DNA of 64,000 nucleotides from an uncultured Methanomicrobiaceae archaeon (GCA_963826525.1 CAWGXH010000004.1:1793427-1857426), one strand, 5' to 3'. Shown: positions 9,884 to 22,309, numbered from the stretch's first letter. Notes: a model not told the origin generated them from the letters alone. Made by a program: numbers and translations.

Positions 9884-10145
9884 GGGATCTCTCCTTGATA
9901 ATCGGGTGGGATACCTGTCGTATCCGCCGACGGATGGTAGGAGTTATCAGCCACAAAAGCGGTTAGAGGTGAACTCCATCACCTGAATCTGTACCTCTGT
10001 ATCTCGCCGTGCGGATAATTAATTCTTTGTCCTGAGAGGTACTGCAGTCCCGGTACTGCCACCCTCTCTCCGTATGCACAGTGCAAAGTGTTTTTCGTAC
10101 TGCCCGGATACGCCCGGTGGACGGAGACAAACCGGCTCGCACTGT

Positions 10146-10325
10146 TCACCACATTGAGGTCACGGTGTTGCGGTAGAGCCGGTCGGTTTCGTTGCAGAGT
10201 GCTTCGATATCTCCGGTAGCCGTGGCGAGTTCCTCCTCAGCATCGCAGCCGGCGGCACTAGTGGCACCGGCGAACTCCAGCCGTCCCGTGATCGACTGTT
10301 TGAGGTCATCGATCATCGACGCCAT
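10146..10325 (-). CDS. Small hypothetical protein (59 aa)
   Basis: MASMIDDLKQSITGRLEF...LYRNTVTSMW starts just after the enolase relic stop; no recognisable motif. Confidence 0.35.
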   Translation of the reverse strand: MASMIDDLKQSITGRLEFAGATSAAGCDAEEELATATGDIEALCNETDRLYRNTVTSMW

Positions 10326-10333
10326 GCACGATC

Positions 10334-10645
<312 letters not shown>

Positions 10646-10712
10646 TCACATTAAGAGGGCATGCGGGGTGCCGTTGCTGCGCTATGAAACAGTGAACATT
10701 CACAAAAATGGA

Positions 10713-10797
10713 CGCCGGGAGGGAGATTTGAACTCCCGAGGCGCAAAGCACCAGCGGCTTTCAAGGCCGCCGCCTTTCCGGACTAGACTATCCCGGC
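10713..10797 (-). tRNA. tRNA-Ser(TGA)
   Basis: Reverse complement GCCGGGATAGTCTAGTCCGGAAAGGCGGCGGCCTTGAAAGCCGCTGGTGCTTTGCGCCTCGGGAGTTCAAATCTCCCTCCCGGCG: cloverleaf, TGA anticodon, long variable arm. Confidence 0.95.
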
Positions 10798-10837
10798 TTG
10801 CCGTATACTGTAGGTTCTCCGGATAAAAATAGATTGG

Positions 10838-11950
10838 TCACCGCTGCCTGATGACAAGCAGGATGAGCAGGGCGAAGATGCCGAGCACCACGGGTATCGG
10901 CGTTGCCGGTGTCGTGGCCGGTACGTCGCCGAAGACCGCCGGCGGCGTCTGGCTTGCCTGCACGGTCTCTGCATTCTCGACCGTGAGGCGGACGGTGCCG
11001 CTGTCCGTATAACTCATGGGATATACCTTGACGTAGACCACGCCGCCCCGGGCGGTGAACGAGGCCTCTTCTCCCTCGACAAGACCCTTATTGTTTACCT
11101 TATGGGTGGCCTGATCTTCATCGGTGTACTCGATCACCCAGTCGATCCCGGGGGAGGTGGTGATCGTTACCGTACCGGGTTTCGTATCGATGACGAAGTA
11201 TGCCGGAGCGTCCCGCGAGGCGCCGGCAGCGGCGGTCATGGCATCGGGCAGTATCGTCGGCGTAGGGCCTGCCGGAGTGGGGGTAACGAAGCCTCCGGTG
11301 ACGGTGTAGTCAACGGCGGTAATAAACCCTTTATAGTCGGCATACTGCGCCCGGTACATTCCGCCTTCCGTGATGGGCACCTCAAGCGAAAAGGCGCCGT
11401 TCTCGTCGGTCTTGATGTAGGTCGGACCGAAGACCGTTGCGGATCCGTGAGCGACCTCGATCTGGACACCTGCATCCCCGAGACTCGGGACCGAGCCGGC
11501 GAGGCTTAAGGTGCCGTCGTAGATCTGGGTGGTGGGTGCGGTGAGCTTAATCTCCTCGGCTCTATTGACGATGGTAACGAACTTTAAGGTGATCGAGCTC
11601 CCACCGAAGGTCGTCTTCGTCGGGTCGATGATCTCGACGGTATACTGGCCGCCTCGAAGTCCCGCCGTCTCGAACGTGGTCATGAACGTTCCATCCTGCT
11701 GGATGACGATGGTGTTTCGCGCAATCTCCTGTTTGGTTCCGGATGCGTAATAGAGGACGACATCCGTCGAGAAACCCGGAGTGAGCGACGGCTTCGTGAG
11801 GCCTTCGGGCATGGTGGTTCCCGTCACAATGAGCGGCTCGCCTGCCTCGACACGATCGGGTGCACTGATTCCGATGTATGCCGCCGATGCGGTGCCCACG
11901 ATCAGCAGCATGCTTATGAATGATAGCCATGCGATCCTTTTCATAATCAT
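10838..11950 (-). CDS. Secreted cell-surface protein with C-terminal membrane anchor
   Basis: Signal peptide MKRIAWLSFISMLLIVGTASA; Thr/Pro-rich linkers; C-terminal TPIPVVLGIFALLILLVIRQR (TM plus basic tail, archaeosortase-like). Confidence 0.8.
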   Translation of the reverse strand: MIMKRIAWLSFISMLLIVGTASAAYIGISAPDRVEAGEPLIVTGTTMPEGLTKPSLTPGFSTDVVLYYASGTKQEIARNTIVIQQDGTFMTTFETAGLRGGQYTVEIIDPTKTTFGGSSITLKFVTIVNRAEEIKLTAPTTQIYDGTLSLAGSVPSLGDAGVQIEVAHGSATVFGPTYIKTDENGAFSLEVPITEGGMYRAQYADYKGFITAVDYTVTGGFVTPTPAGPTPTILPDAMTAAAGASRDAPAYFVIDTKPGTVTITTSPGIDWVIEYTDEDQATHKVNNKGLVEGEEASFTARGGVVYVKVYPMSYTDSGTVRLTVENAETVQASQTPPAVFGDVPATTPATPIPVVLGIFALLILLVIRQR

Positions 11951-11972
11951 AGAATGAACTGGTATAGTGTTA

Positions 11973-12960
11973 ATGATATCCAAAAGTGCTCTGAAACCTC
12001 TGGCCTGTTGGCGGGGAAAAGACCTCTACGATGGACAGGTTCTCGAAACGGTGACCGTCATCTTCAGGACGGCGGGCTGCTCCTGGAACCGGTGCCTGAT
12101 GTGCGGATACCGTCACGAACGCTACCCGCCGCTCTCCGAAAGCGAACTTGTCGACCGTCTCCTCGGGCAGATCGCCTGGGTGAAAGAGTCGTTCGCCGAC
12201 GACGACTACCAGATGCTGAAGATCTTCACCTCGGGGAGTTTCTTCGACCCGGCGGAGGTTCCCGCGGCGGTGCTGACCGCCGCTAGCCGAGGCGTTCCGG
12301 GGCAAGCTGATCGTTGCGGAGACGAGGCCGGAGTACGCAAGCGAGGATCGTCTGGCGGCGTTCATCGCCGGCATCGATGACGGCACCTGGTCTACGCCTC
12401 TCCACGTTGCGATGGGCCTCGAGACCACGAACGACGCTATCCGGGAGAAGAGCATCGATAAGGGGTTTACCTACGCCGATTTCCTGCAGGCGGCATCGAC
12501 CGCCCATCGCGCCGGAGCGGGTGTCAAGGCCTACCTGATGATGAAACCCCCGTTCCTGACCGAAGCCGAGGCGCGGGACGATATGCTGCGTTCGATAGAA
12601 GAAGTCTCATCCGTTGCCGATATGATCTCGATGAACCTCTGCACCGTCCAGAGCAGAACCGATGTGGAGCGGCTCTGGAAGCAGAATGCGTACCGCCCGC
12701 CGTATCTCTGGAGCGTCCTCGACGTGCTGATCCGATCGCCCGTTCACGTCCTCTGCGACCCGGTCGGCGGCGGGCAGATGCGGGGGCCGCATAACTGCGG
12801 TGCCTGCGACCGCCCGATCGTGAAGGGAATCGGCGAGTACTCGCTCACCGGGGATAAAGAACTCCTCCGGGTTCTCGCAGAAGAGGACTGCTCCTGCAAG
12901 CAGGAGTGGGAGTTCGTGCTCCGGGAGGAGCGCCCCTACTGCATGCCGCTTACGCGGTAG
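11973..12960 (+). CDS. Archaeosine biosynthesis radical SAM protein RaSEA (TIGR01210-like; apparent frameshift near 12285)
   Basis: TVIFRTAGCSWNRCLMCGY, KIFTSGSFFD, ETRPE, GLET, KAYLMMKPPFL, YRPPYLWS, RGPHNCG. Confidence 0.85.
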
Positions 12961-14192
12961 ACGAACCGCTCTGTTCATCAAGCTGTTTGGCGAGCAGGGG
13001 CAGGAACGCACCCGCATCGCTCACCACGCCGACCGCCTGCATCGTGCCGCGGTCCATCAGTTTGGTGACGGATGCGGGATTGATATCGACACAGATGGTC
13101 TTGACGTAGGAGGGGAGACAGTTGCCCACGGCGACGGAGTGGAGCAGCGTCCCGATCATCAGGACCATCCCGACATCTTTTTGAATGAGCTCCCGCATGG
13201 CATCCTGCGCCTCCATGGCGTCGGTGATGACGTCGGGGAGAGGCCCGTCGTCCCTGATGGACCCTGCAAGTACGAACGGGACGCCGTTCTTCACGCATTC
13301 GTACATGATCCCGCCGGTGACGATGCCAAGGTCCACGGCGTTCTTAATCGAACCGGCGCGCATGATCTCGCTGATGGCGTAGATGTGGTGCTTATGCCCG
13401 CCCGTGACGAGCGTCCCGGTCTTGAGGTCCATGCCGAGCGACGTGCCGAAGAGGTTGTACTCGATGTCGTGGGTTGCAAGGGCATTCCCGGCAAAGAGGA
13501 CGTCGATATAGCCGTCCCGGATCATCTTCGCGAGCGAGTCCGCCGCACCGGTATGCACGATCGCCGGGCCGCCGACGATGGCGATCTTCCCTCCCTTCTT
13601 CTTCAGAGCGAGGATCTCCCGCGCGAGCTTGGCGATGATCGTCTCGCTCGGCCGTTCGGAGGATACCGTGCCGTGCATGAACTCGAAGGTGCTGATCTTC
13701 CGGGGGCGTTCGGGGTATACGACGCGGACACCGTTCTCACCGATGACGATGGCGTCTCCGGCCTTGAGCTTCGATAACGGCGTACAGATCGCCCGTTTCT
13801 CATCCTCCTCGACGACGATGAGGCAATCCATCTCGATCCCTTCGACCGGGAGCCATTCGTCCCGGTACTTGACGAACGTCGGGTGGTTGGTGGTTGAGTA
13901 AAAGCCCTTCGGAACAATCCTGTCGCCCTCTGCCGGTTTGAGGGTAACGTCGTTGATCTCGGGTGAGCGTGCGCCGAGGCGGTGCAGCTCGGAGAGGATG
14001 GAGTCGAGTCTGCTGATCGTCGGCGGCGGTGATACGGAGCCGCGCGTAGCTCGGGTCTTTTTTATGTTTTCCTACGTTGAAGGTGAGGATCTCAAACTCC
14101 CCGCCCATGTCCATGATCTTATCGAAAACGAGGGTCATGATGCCGGAATCGATGATATGGCCCTCAAGTTCGATTTCCCGGCAGAGTTCCAT
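12950..14192 (-). CDS. TIGR00300 / LOR-SDH domain protein, putative ornithine cyclodeaminase (apparent frameshift near 14012)
   Basis: [63 protein letters not shown]. Confidence 0.82.
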
Positions 14193-14301
14193 ACTGATAG
14201 GTCGGTGATGATGCGATAAGAGTGTTTCTCTCGAAAATTTGGCCGTTGAAGAACCGTATCCGGCTCGTGTACCGGTGAGTGGAGATGTTTCTGCGAGAGC
14301 C

Positions 14302-14892
14302 TCATCCGCAGAGGTATGCCTGAACCAGGGCGAGTTCCTCGCGGGTGTTGATATTGAAGGCCAGCCGCCGATCGCGGATCAGCACCGCTACCTCTTCCTG
14401 CGCATCTCCGATGCCCGCACCGTCGACGATGTTGATCCCGACCGGGCAGGCGTCCGTGCCGTCCACGACTGCCGTATACTGCGTCCTGCACCCGTGCTCC
14501 CTGCAGAGGCTGTGGGGAACCCACGTCGAGCAGGCGGGTGTGCCGGCTATGCGGTAGCGCTCCTCTATCGTGGTAATGATATCGGCCTTCAGGCACGGGA
14601 GGTCGGCGACGCAGGTGAAGAGGGGCTCGTCGAGATCGAGTGCAAGCACCACCTCTTCGAGATCCTCGATATACCCGGAGCCTTCGGCGTCGTACCGCTC
14701 GATCCCGTTCGCACGGCACCAGTTCTTCGTAACCGGCGTGCGTGGCGAGGTGACGACCAGTGTTTCATGCCCTGCGGCCGTGAAGGCGTCGAGGACGTAG
14801 GCTATCATCGGTCGTGCGCAGATGGTAACGAGCGGCTTTTCTCCCATCCCCAGGCGTGAACCGGCTCCTCCGGCCATGATCAGCGCAAGCAT
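14302..14892 (-). CDS. cobY: NTP transferase, GTP:adenosylcobinamide-phosphate guanylyltransferase (CobY-like)
   Basis: [38 protein letters not shown]; adjacent to cobD. Confidence 0.8.
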   Translation of the reverse strand: MLALIMAGGAGSRLGMGEKPLVTICARPMIAYVLDAFTAAGHETLVVTSPRTPVTKNWCRANGIERYDAEGSGYIEDLEEVVLALDLDEPLFTCVADLPCLKADIITTIEERYRIAGTPACSTWVPHSLCREHGCRTQYTAVVDGTDACPVGINIVDGAGIGDAQEEVAVLIRDRRLAFNINTREELALVQAYLCG

Positions 14893-15879
14893 GCCTCGAG
14901 CGCCTCGATGATCTGCAGATTCTCTGCATGGGTTCTGACCGCGATCCTGATGTGCTTCGGAAGCCCGAACGAGGAGCAGTCCCGAACGAGGATTCCCCTG
15001 TGCAGGAGCTGTTCGGTCATGACCGGCGCCGCAATGGGGAGGGCGATCAGGATATAGTTTGCAGATGGCTCCCCGTACGGGAGGTTCATCTCCCCGAGCC
15101 GCTCGCAGAGCCATCGACGTTCGCCGGCGATCTGCTCTCTCGAGCGTTTGAGCTCGTGGTAGTGTGCGAATGCCTCGATTGCATAGGCCTCGGCAAATGC
15201 ATTGACCGTCCAGGGGAGCCGTGCCGTCTCGATCCGTTCGATGAGTTCCGGCTCGCCGAACCCGTAGCCGAACCGGATGCCGGGAACGGCAAAGCACTTC
15301 GTGAGGGAGCGCAGGAGAAAGAGATCGTCGTGCCGGAGATCGACGAGGCTCTGATCGGGATCGGAGAGTTCTATGAAGGCCTCGTCGAGAAAGAGGCATG
15401 CACCGTTCGAGGCTGTCTGCTCGAGAAGCGTGGTGACGGCGCCGCGCATACGAAGCGAGCCTGTTGGGTTATTCGGGTTGCAGCAGAAGCGCACCGATGC
15501 CGCCTTCTCGTCGGGCGTAGGCGTCGCTCCCGCCATGCGGGAAGCGAGTTCGGTACTCCCCGAAGGTGGGCTTTTCGAGGAAAACGCCGTCGCCTTCACC
15601 GAGAACAACCGAGCAGAACGCCCGGATGAGCTCGACCGACCCGTTGCCCACGGCAATCTCGTCGGGGCTCCTGGCAAAGGTGCGCCCGATGACGCTTTTG
15701 AGGACTTCGTACCGATCGTCGGGGTAGTCTGCAAGCGTTGCAGGGTCGGGCTTCCAGTCGATGTCGGGGGGAAACGGATTGATGTTTGCACTAAAATCGA
15801 GCAATTCTCCGCCTCCGTGGCTTTTGTGCCACTGCACGGTTCCGCCGTGCACCACTTTCGTTGGAAATTCTTTTCTCAT
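14880..15879 (-). CDS. cobD: L-threonine-O-3-phosphate decarboxylase, PLP class I/II (apparent frameshift near 15550)
   Basis: HGG, DFSANINP, YPD, GNGS, CNPNNPTG, DEAFIE, RSLTK, PGIRFGY; next to cobY. Confidence 0.8.
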
Positions 15880-16076
15880 AATGATGGCACTTATCGCAGG
15901 TAGACTGTAGATTGCAATGCATAAAACGGTTTTGAGAGTTCCCTGAGCGATTTAAAAAAGTATTTATACTATCGGGGTATTATTTGGGTTTATCTGATGT
16001 TGTCAGATAATAAGGTGACCGTCGTCTGACAAATGGCAGGCTTTTGTCTGCTTTATGTCGGATATGAGTGATAACA

Positions 16077-16256
16077 ATGATGGACCGAATTACGATCAGA
16101 TTGCCCAGGCAGCAGGTTGAGATGCTTGAGAAACTGGTAGAGGCCGGGGAGTTCCCTACCGTCTCGGAGGCTGTGCGATATTCCGTCCGGGAGCTTCTCG
16201 AGAAGCATGGCAACCGTGTCCTCCGCGAGATCGATCAGGTTTCATTTAAAGTTTAG
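16077..16256 (+). CDS. cdrS: Ribbon-helix-helix regulator, CdrS-like
   Basis: RITIRLP...LVEAGEFPTVSEAVRYSVRELL immediately upstream of ftsZ, the known cdrS-ftsZ2 arrangement. Confidence 0.8.
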   Translation: MMDRITIRLPRQQVEMLEKLVEAGEFPTVSEAVRYSVRELLEKHGNRVLREIDQVSFKV

Positions 16257-16270
16257 GGGGTTAGGCATCC

Positions 16271-17398
16271 ATGCAGACTATCATTAACGAAGCTTTGAAA
16301 CACGCAGAGCGAGAGAGATTTACCAAGAACGCCATGAACGACGATGGCGATGATATGATCGGTCAGCCGCGTATCGTTATCGTCGGGTGCGGCGGCGCCG
16401 GTAACAACACGATTAACCGTCTGTACCACATGCAGGTCAACGGCGCAGAGACGATTGCGATCAACACCGACAAGCAGCACCTGGATATGATCCAGGCGGA
16501 CAAGAGGGTGCTTGTGGGCAAGTCCCTTACCAAGGGTCTCGGTGCCGGCGGTTTCCCCGATGTCGGCAGAAGGGCTGCGGAGATGGCACGCCCGACGCTT
16601 GAGGGCCTGCTCGCCGACGCCGACCTCGTCTTTATCACTGCAGGTATGGGCGGAGGCACCGGTACCGGAACCGCCCCGGTCGTGGCGCAGATCGCGAAAG
16701 AGCAGGGAGCCATCGTCGTCGGCATGGTCAGTTACCCCTTCCAGGTCGAGAAGGCCAGGCTTCTCCGGGCTGAGGAAGGTATGGAGGCGCTTGCCGCGGC
16801 CGCCGATTCGGTGATCGTTCTCGACAACAACCGGCTCATTAAATTCGTCCCGAACCTGCCGCTCGGACAGGCCTTCTCGGTCATGGATCAGCTCATCGCC
16901 GAGACCGTCAAGGGTATCAGCGAGACGATCACCGAGCCCTCGCTCATTAACATCGACTACGCCGATGTCCGTGCCATCATGAGCAAGGGTGGCGTGGCCG
17001 TGATGCTCGTCGGTGAGAGCAAGCAGCAGAACAAGGCCGAGAGCGTCGTGCACGAGTGCCTGAATCACCCGCTCCTCGATATCGATTACCGTGGAGCGAC
17101 CGGCAGTCTCATCCACATCACCGGCGGAAACGATCTGACGCTCCAGGATGCCGAGGAGATCGCAAGTTCCCTCACCTACGAGCTCGACCCGCACGCGGAT
17201 GTCATCTGGGGCGCACGTGTCAACAGCGAATACGAAGGCCGCGTCCGCGTCATGGCCATCATGACCGGTGTCAAGAGTGCGCAGATTCTCGGACAGCAGC
17301 GTGCGTTCGAGCCCGTGGCAAACCGGCAGAATATACAGTCGGGACGCCGTCCTGCATCCCGGGACGCGACCAGCGGGCATCTTATAGATTTCCTTTGA
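16271..17398 (+). CDS. ftsZ: Cell division protein FtsZ (FtsZ2-type)
   Basis: [43 protein letters not shown]. Confidence 0.97.
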   Translation: MQTIINEALKHAERERFTKNAMNDDGDDMIGQPRIVIVGCGGAGNNTINRLYHMQVNGAETIAINTDKQHLDMIQADKRVLVGKSLTKGLGAGGFPDVGRRAAEMARPTLEGLLADADLVFITAGMGGGTGTGTAPVVAQIAKEQGAIVVGMVSYPFQVEKARLLRAEEGMEALAAAADSVIVLDNNRLIKFVPNLPLGQAFSVMDQLIAETVKGISETITEPSLINIDYADVRAIMSKGGVAVMLVGESKQQNKAESVVHECLNHPLLDIDYRGATGSLIHITGGNDLTLQDAEEIASSLTYELDPHADVIWGARVNSEYEGRVRVMAIMTGVKSAQILGQQRAFEPVANRQNIQSGRRPASRDATSGHLIDFL

Positions 17399-17785
17399 AT
17401 ATAACCTCCTCATTTTCTCCTTCCGGTGGTACCCGTGACCCGTTCGGTGCCGCACCGCCTGTGCCGGCGGTGACGAACGGGTACGCACGTCCTCCCGAAA
17501 TACTTAATAGTGCGGATGTCATTTGAATAATAGAACGATCCTGTAAAATCCCGCCTATTACGGGTGGAATGGTGGATCTCCCGGTTACATCAGTCATCGG
17601 GAAATGCCACGAGGTACCGGGGGTTGAACAACCATGAACAGATGGATGAATATCGGCCTGGACAGGTGTGTCCGGCGAAGCGTCTTTTGTTATGTTGTTA
17701 TTAACTCCGGAGTCTCCGGCATCGATCTATCCACCCTCCGGCGGGATACACCGGACAGGTAGCGAACGTTGAGGATTGGTAGTGG

Positions 17786-18647
17786 ATGTTGAACGATTTA
17801 GTTGATAAGAGAAAGAAGTTTCTCGCAGAGTCTGAACAGCACAAAAACCGAAGGAACGAGCCTGAATGCGCTTGCCAGCAAGTACGCCCGGGAGCGTAAC
17901 ACGCTGAACAACCAGACTCGCGAGTTCGTTGAGGAGGCGCAGAAGCACAAGGAGCTCCGTGACCAGAACAACGGAGACGTTCAGAGGCTGAAGGAGGAGC
18001 GCAACGAGCACAACGATAAGGCGAACGTGCTCTTCGAAGAGATCGAAGCCTTCAAGAAAGAGCACGGGAACCTGAAGAACCGTGGCATCAAGGAAGTTCA
18101 GAAGCAGATCGAGCACTTAGAGTTCAAGCAGCAGACGGAGGTCTACAGCACCGATAAAGAGCGTGAGTTGATCGATAAGATCAAGCAGCTCAAAGCCTCC
18201 GTAAAAGAGCAGGAAGCGGAGCTTGAACAGAATAAAGATATGCGGACGAAGCTGACCGATGCCCGTGAGTTTCGCCGGCTCGCATCCGAGATCCATAAAG
18301 AAGTGACCGAGAAGGCCGAGCTTGCACAGCAGCACCACGACCTGATGGTGGAGTCGTATCGCAAGGCCGATAAGTCTCGCGAGGCCGCAGACCAGTCCCA
18401 CCAGCTCTTTGTCGAGGCGCAGGAGTCTGCCGATGAGGAGCACAAGCAGTTCATCGCCTGCCAGAAGGAGCTTCGCGACTACGACAAGGTGATATCGGGC
18501 CTACGCAAGAAGACGAGGAAGACGAAAGTCACCAAAGAACAGAAAGCCGTCAGAAAAGAAGCAGAACAGATCTTCCAGAACTTCCGCGGTGGCGAGAAAC
18601 TCACGACCGACGATCTGCTCCTTCTTCAGCGCGCAAAACTTATATAA
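17786..18647 (+). CDS. Archaeal coiled-coil protein (COG1340-like; apparent frameshift near 17861)
   Basis: True start MLNDLVDKRKKFL at 17786; long E/K/R heptads; C-terminal GEKLTTDDLLLLQ. Confidence 0.8.
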
Positions 18648-18741
18648 TCCTTATTTTTCCCGCACGAAAGTGCAAAAATCTGTGAATGGTTCTTCAAATG
18701 GTTGAAAATCATTTAATAGATTTGAAGCGATCTCTATTGAG

Positions 18742-19866
18742 ATGTCCAGAGACCGGACGCTAGTCCTCTGTGTCGATCGCGACGACGATATAGGATATAA
18801 GGCGGGTATCGAAGGTCCGGTAGTCGGGAGAGAGGCGTGCCTGAAGACGGCAAATGCTCTTGCCCTGATCGACCCTGAGGACTCGGACGTCAACGCCATC
18901 TTCGAGACTGTCAAGATCTACGACCTCCTCCACACTCGCGGAGAGGAGGTTGCCATTGCGGTCATCAGCGGCAACCATATGAACCTCCTTGAGGGTGACC
19001 GCCGGATTGCGTCGGGTCTTGATACCATCCTCGGGGCGACGGGTGCCACGTCCTGTATCCTGGTGACGGACGGTGCCGAAGACGAGTATGTCATGCCGAT
19101 CATTCAGTCACGGGTGCCGGTCAGCAGTGTCCGAAGGGTCGTCGTCAACCAGATGCCGAACCTCGAAGGCACCTACTATATTTTAAAGCGCCTCCTCGAC
19201 GATCCCAAGATCTCAAAGATCGTTCTCGTTCCGATCGGTCTTGCCATGCTGCTCTATGCGACTGCATACCTTCTCGGGTATCCGGAGGGTGCCACCATCG
19301 TCGTGGTCGGGGTCATCGGCACCTATCTGCTCTTCAAGGGATTCGGTATCGACGAGATCTTCCATTACTTCGTCACATCGCTGCAGGCGTCGTTGCGGGG
19401 CGGGCGTTTTACGTTCGTGTCCTACATCGCGGCAATACTGATGGTGATCGTCGGGATCGTCATGGGCTTTACGACCCTGCTGACACTCTACAAGACCTCC
19501 GGTATCTTCTTCTATATCCTGACGTTTATCTACGGTGCAATCGTCTGGTTCACCGCAGCGGGGCTCGTTGCATCGGTCGGCAAGATGATCGATGTCCTCC
19601 TGAACGAACGGGAGAATCTCAGAAGAGTTGTCGCCCTGCCGTTCTTCGTTCTGGCGCTCGGGGCGATCGCGTACGGCGCCAGCATTTATACGCTCTCGAT
19701 CAGCGATATTCCGCAGTTCCCTATCGCCGAAGACGTCGGGATACGATACATCGTCTTCGCGACGATCGGCGGTTTGTTCCTCGCCTTCTTCGGAGTATAT
19801 CTCCAGTCCCTTCTCAGCAGGTGGGCGGGAGAACGCGGATCGGCTGCGATTGAGAGAGATGTGTGA
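18742..19866 (+). CDS. DUF373 family membrane protein
   Basis: LVLCVDRDDDIG, DPEDSDVN, VTDGAEDE, then multiple TM helices. Confidence 0.85.
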   Translation: MSRDRTLVLCVDRDDDIGYKAGIEGPVVGREACLKTANALALIDPEDSDVNAIFETVKIYDLLHTRGEEVAIAVISGNHMNLLEGDRRIASGLDTILGATGATSCILVTDGAEDEYVMPIIQSRVPVSSVRRVVVNQMPNLEGTYYILKRLLDDPKISKIVLVPIGLAMLLYATAYLLGYPEGATIVVVGVIGTYLLFKGFGIDEIFHYFVTSLQASLRGGRFTFVSYIAAILMVIVGIVMGFTTLLTLYKTSGIFFYILTFIYGAIVWFTAAGLVASVGKMIDVLLNERENLRRVVALPFFVLALGAIAYGASIYTLSISDIPQFPIAEDVGIRYIVFATIGGLFLAFFGVYLQSLLSRWAGERGSAAIERDV

Positions 19867-20129
19867 CTCTTTCCCGCCGGCGTGGGAGATATCTCTGGTT
19901 TTTTGATGCAGTCCCAGTCCCGGGCGGGTGTTCTCCCGCATTCCGGGGCAGACGCGATCGGGTAATCCTTTCCCGGCGATTATCCCGTATCCCCGGAGCA
20001 TTGCTGCAGTATGTCGGGCTCCGCCGGCGTCTTCCGCTTCGCTCCGTGTGATGGTTCTTCCGCACGTCCGTGAGGGCGCCCTACCCGGAAAAGGCAATCG
20101 CACCGGTCAGGGCCGGCCTTCGGCGAGGT

Positions 20130-20582
20130 TCAGGGGGCGGTGAAGTAGCCGACGCCGTTCGGAACCGCCCGTACCTTCTCATAGTGTCTGGTCTCCTGCG
20201 GCGTTGTTATGGTGAGCGAGGGAACCTCTACGTTGAAGGTATGGGGGGGGAACCAGTATGCATCTCCCCCGTAGTCGTACGATGCATTGCTGACGATGAT
20301 TACGGCACGCTCAAGGTCGATCCGCTGGATGCGTGCCTTTTCAAAGTCGGTTACCTGCAGCACCTTCTTCTTTAAGTCCGACTGGCCGAGGAGAAATACG
20401 AGAAGGCTGATTCCGCCGTCTATCGTGTAATCGACGGTGATGACGGCGTGCTCCTCAACAAGGTTGACAGAAACGCTCTGTACGGTAACGTAACCGTATC
20501 GTGCAGCATCGTCGCCTGCAAAGGCAGGGACGGTGAGTGCGCAGATGAGTACCAGAACAAGCCCGAGCGTTCCCCATCTCAT
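20130..20582 (-). CDS. Hypothetical secreted protein
   Basis: Signal peptide MRWGTLGLVLVLICALTVPAFA; 150-aa ORF with coding-like composition. Confidence 0.7.
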   Translation of the reverse strand: MRWGTLGLVLVLICALTVPAFAGDDAARYGYVTVQSVSVNLVEEHAVITVDYTIDGGISLLVFLLGQSDLKKKVLQVTDFEKARIQRIDLERAVIIVSNASYDYGGDAYWFPPHTFNVEVPSLTITTPQETRHYEKVRAVPNGVGYFTAP

Positions 20583-20785
20583 TACTCAGTACATTATTGT
20601 GAAGCTGATAAATCCTTTATGGTCTTGTGCAGGGAGAATGGAGAATATTCGATAGACACCGGGTTTTTTTCGATTACGGCGCCGGAATTGCCGATACCCG
20701 TGAACGCTCTCACGGAAAAAAGAGTCCCGGGGTATTTCCGTCTCCCGGGGAGGTTTCGAGAACAAAGGGCGGTTTGTTCCGAAGT

Positions 20786-21061
20786 CTACCTCACCTGGGA
20801 GAGGACGATCTCGATGCTCGACACATTGGTTTTGCCGGTATCGGTATCGATCATCTCCGTGGACGTTAAGACCTCTTTCTTGCTGACATTTGCCAAAAAC
20901 CGGTTCAGGGCTATCTCGGCCGTATCGACAGCCCGTGAGATGGCCTTCCCTCGCGCTTTGATCGCAACCTCGTCCGCTCCGTTGTTGAACTGGGTAACCA
21001 CCGCGAGTACGTAGTTCATAACAGGTTTATTCCCAACGAATACTGTGTTGTCCTTAATCAT
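20786..21061 (-). CDS. albA: DNA/RNA-binding protein Alba
   Basis: [35 protein letters not shown]. Confidence 0.95.
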   Translation of the reverse strand: MIKDNTVFVGNKPVMNYVLAVVTQFNNGADEVAIKARGKAISRAVDTAEIALNRFLANVSKKEVLTSTEMIDTDTGKTNVSSIEIVLSQVR

Positions 21062-21072
21062 TGCCCACCTCA

Positions 21073-22090
21073 TTAGAGATACTTTTTCGAGTATATCAGC
21101 TCGGCGTTGAGGACGGAAGCACCTGCGGCACCTCGGATGGTATTGTGACCGAGCGCAACGAACCGCAGTCCTTCCCGGATTCTGCCGACCGAGACCGTCA
21201 TGCCCCTGCCCCGATTGCGATCAAGGCGTGGCTGCGGACGATCGGGCTGGTCGAAGATCTCAACAGGCTTTGCCGGTTGTAATGGAAGATTGCTGAACGG
21301 GGATTTAAAGCTTGCGTAAGCTTTTTTGACTTCGTCTACCGGACTCTGCACGTCGACCCAGATCGCAAGAGTGTGCCCGTCGATGACCGGAACCCGGTGA
21401 CAGCTCGCACTCACGTTGAACGGGGCGTCGTGCACCTCGGATCCGTCGAAAGTTCCCATGATCTTCAGGGTCTCGGTCTCCATCTTCTCTTCTTCAGAGC
21501 CGATGTAGGGGACGACATTATCATAGATATCCATTGCGGATACCCCTGAGAATCCTCCTCCCGAGATCGCCTGCATGGTTGCCACACGCACATCGCGGAA
21601 TGCGAACGAACGCAGGGGTGCAAGTGCCATAACGAGTACGATGGTGGAGCAGTTCGGGTTGGTTACGATAAATCCGTCCCGGCCTTTATCGCGCTGCACG
21701 TCGATAAGACCCAGGTGATCGGGGTTGACCTCGGGGACGACGAGCGGGACGGTCGGATCCATTCGGTGCGACCGGGCATTGCTGCATACGGCGACTCCGG
21801 CATCTGCGACATCGGCCTCGATCGAGGTTGCAATATCGGCCGGAAGCGCCGAGAAGACGAGATCACAGTTTTTCACGCTCTCGACAGTAGTCGGAGTGAC
21901 GGTGATGTCGCCTACCGAATCCGGAAACGGCGCATCAAGGCGCCAGTTTACGACATTGCTGAATTTCTTTCCCGCACTTCGTTCAGAAGCGGTGAGCGCC
22001 TCCAGATGAAACCAGGGATGGTCAGCGCAGAAGCTGAACGAAGCGCTGTCCCACCGCTCCTGTGGCACCAAGCACTCCTACGTTTATCAT
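21073..22090 (-). CDS. asd: Aspartate-semialdehyde dehydrogenase (apparent frameshift near 22026)
   Basis: [17 protein letters not shown] from 22090, then [39 protein letters not shown]. Confidence 0.93.
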
Positions 22091-22135
22091 AGACAAAAGT
22101 ATCTGTAGTGTTGGTGTTATTAAAGAATGTGATTC

Positions 22136-22309
22136 TTATTCCATTGAGATTGCTTCGGCCGGACATTCGTCGACGCAGGATTCGCAATCGACACAGAGGT
22201 CGATATCGACTACTGCCTTTCCGCCTTCCATCCGAATCGCTTCGGCGGGGCAGATACCGACGCATGTCTCACAGCCTGTACACTTCTCCAGATCCACAAT
22301 TGCGGGCAA
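22136..22309 (-). CDS. 2[4Fe-4S] ferredoxin
   Basis: Two CxxCxxCxxxCP motifs; TTG start preceded by GGAGG. Confidence 0.9.
   Translation of the reverse strand: MPAIVDLEKCTGCETCVGICPAEAIRMEGGKAVVDIDLCVDCESCVDECPAEAISME

Noticed and set aside
7991-9898. Long antisense ORFs (72-1223, 7991-9898, 16253-17488, 41253-42350, 61881-62978 and similar)
   Set aside because: Shadows of real genes on the opposite strand in high-GC3 DNA; no motifs.
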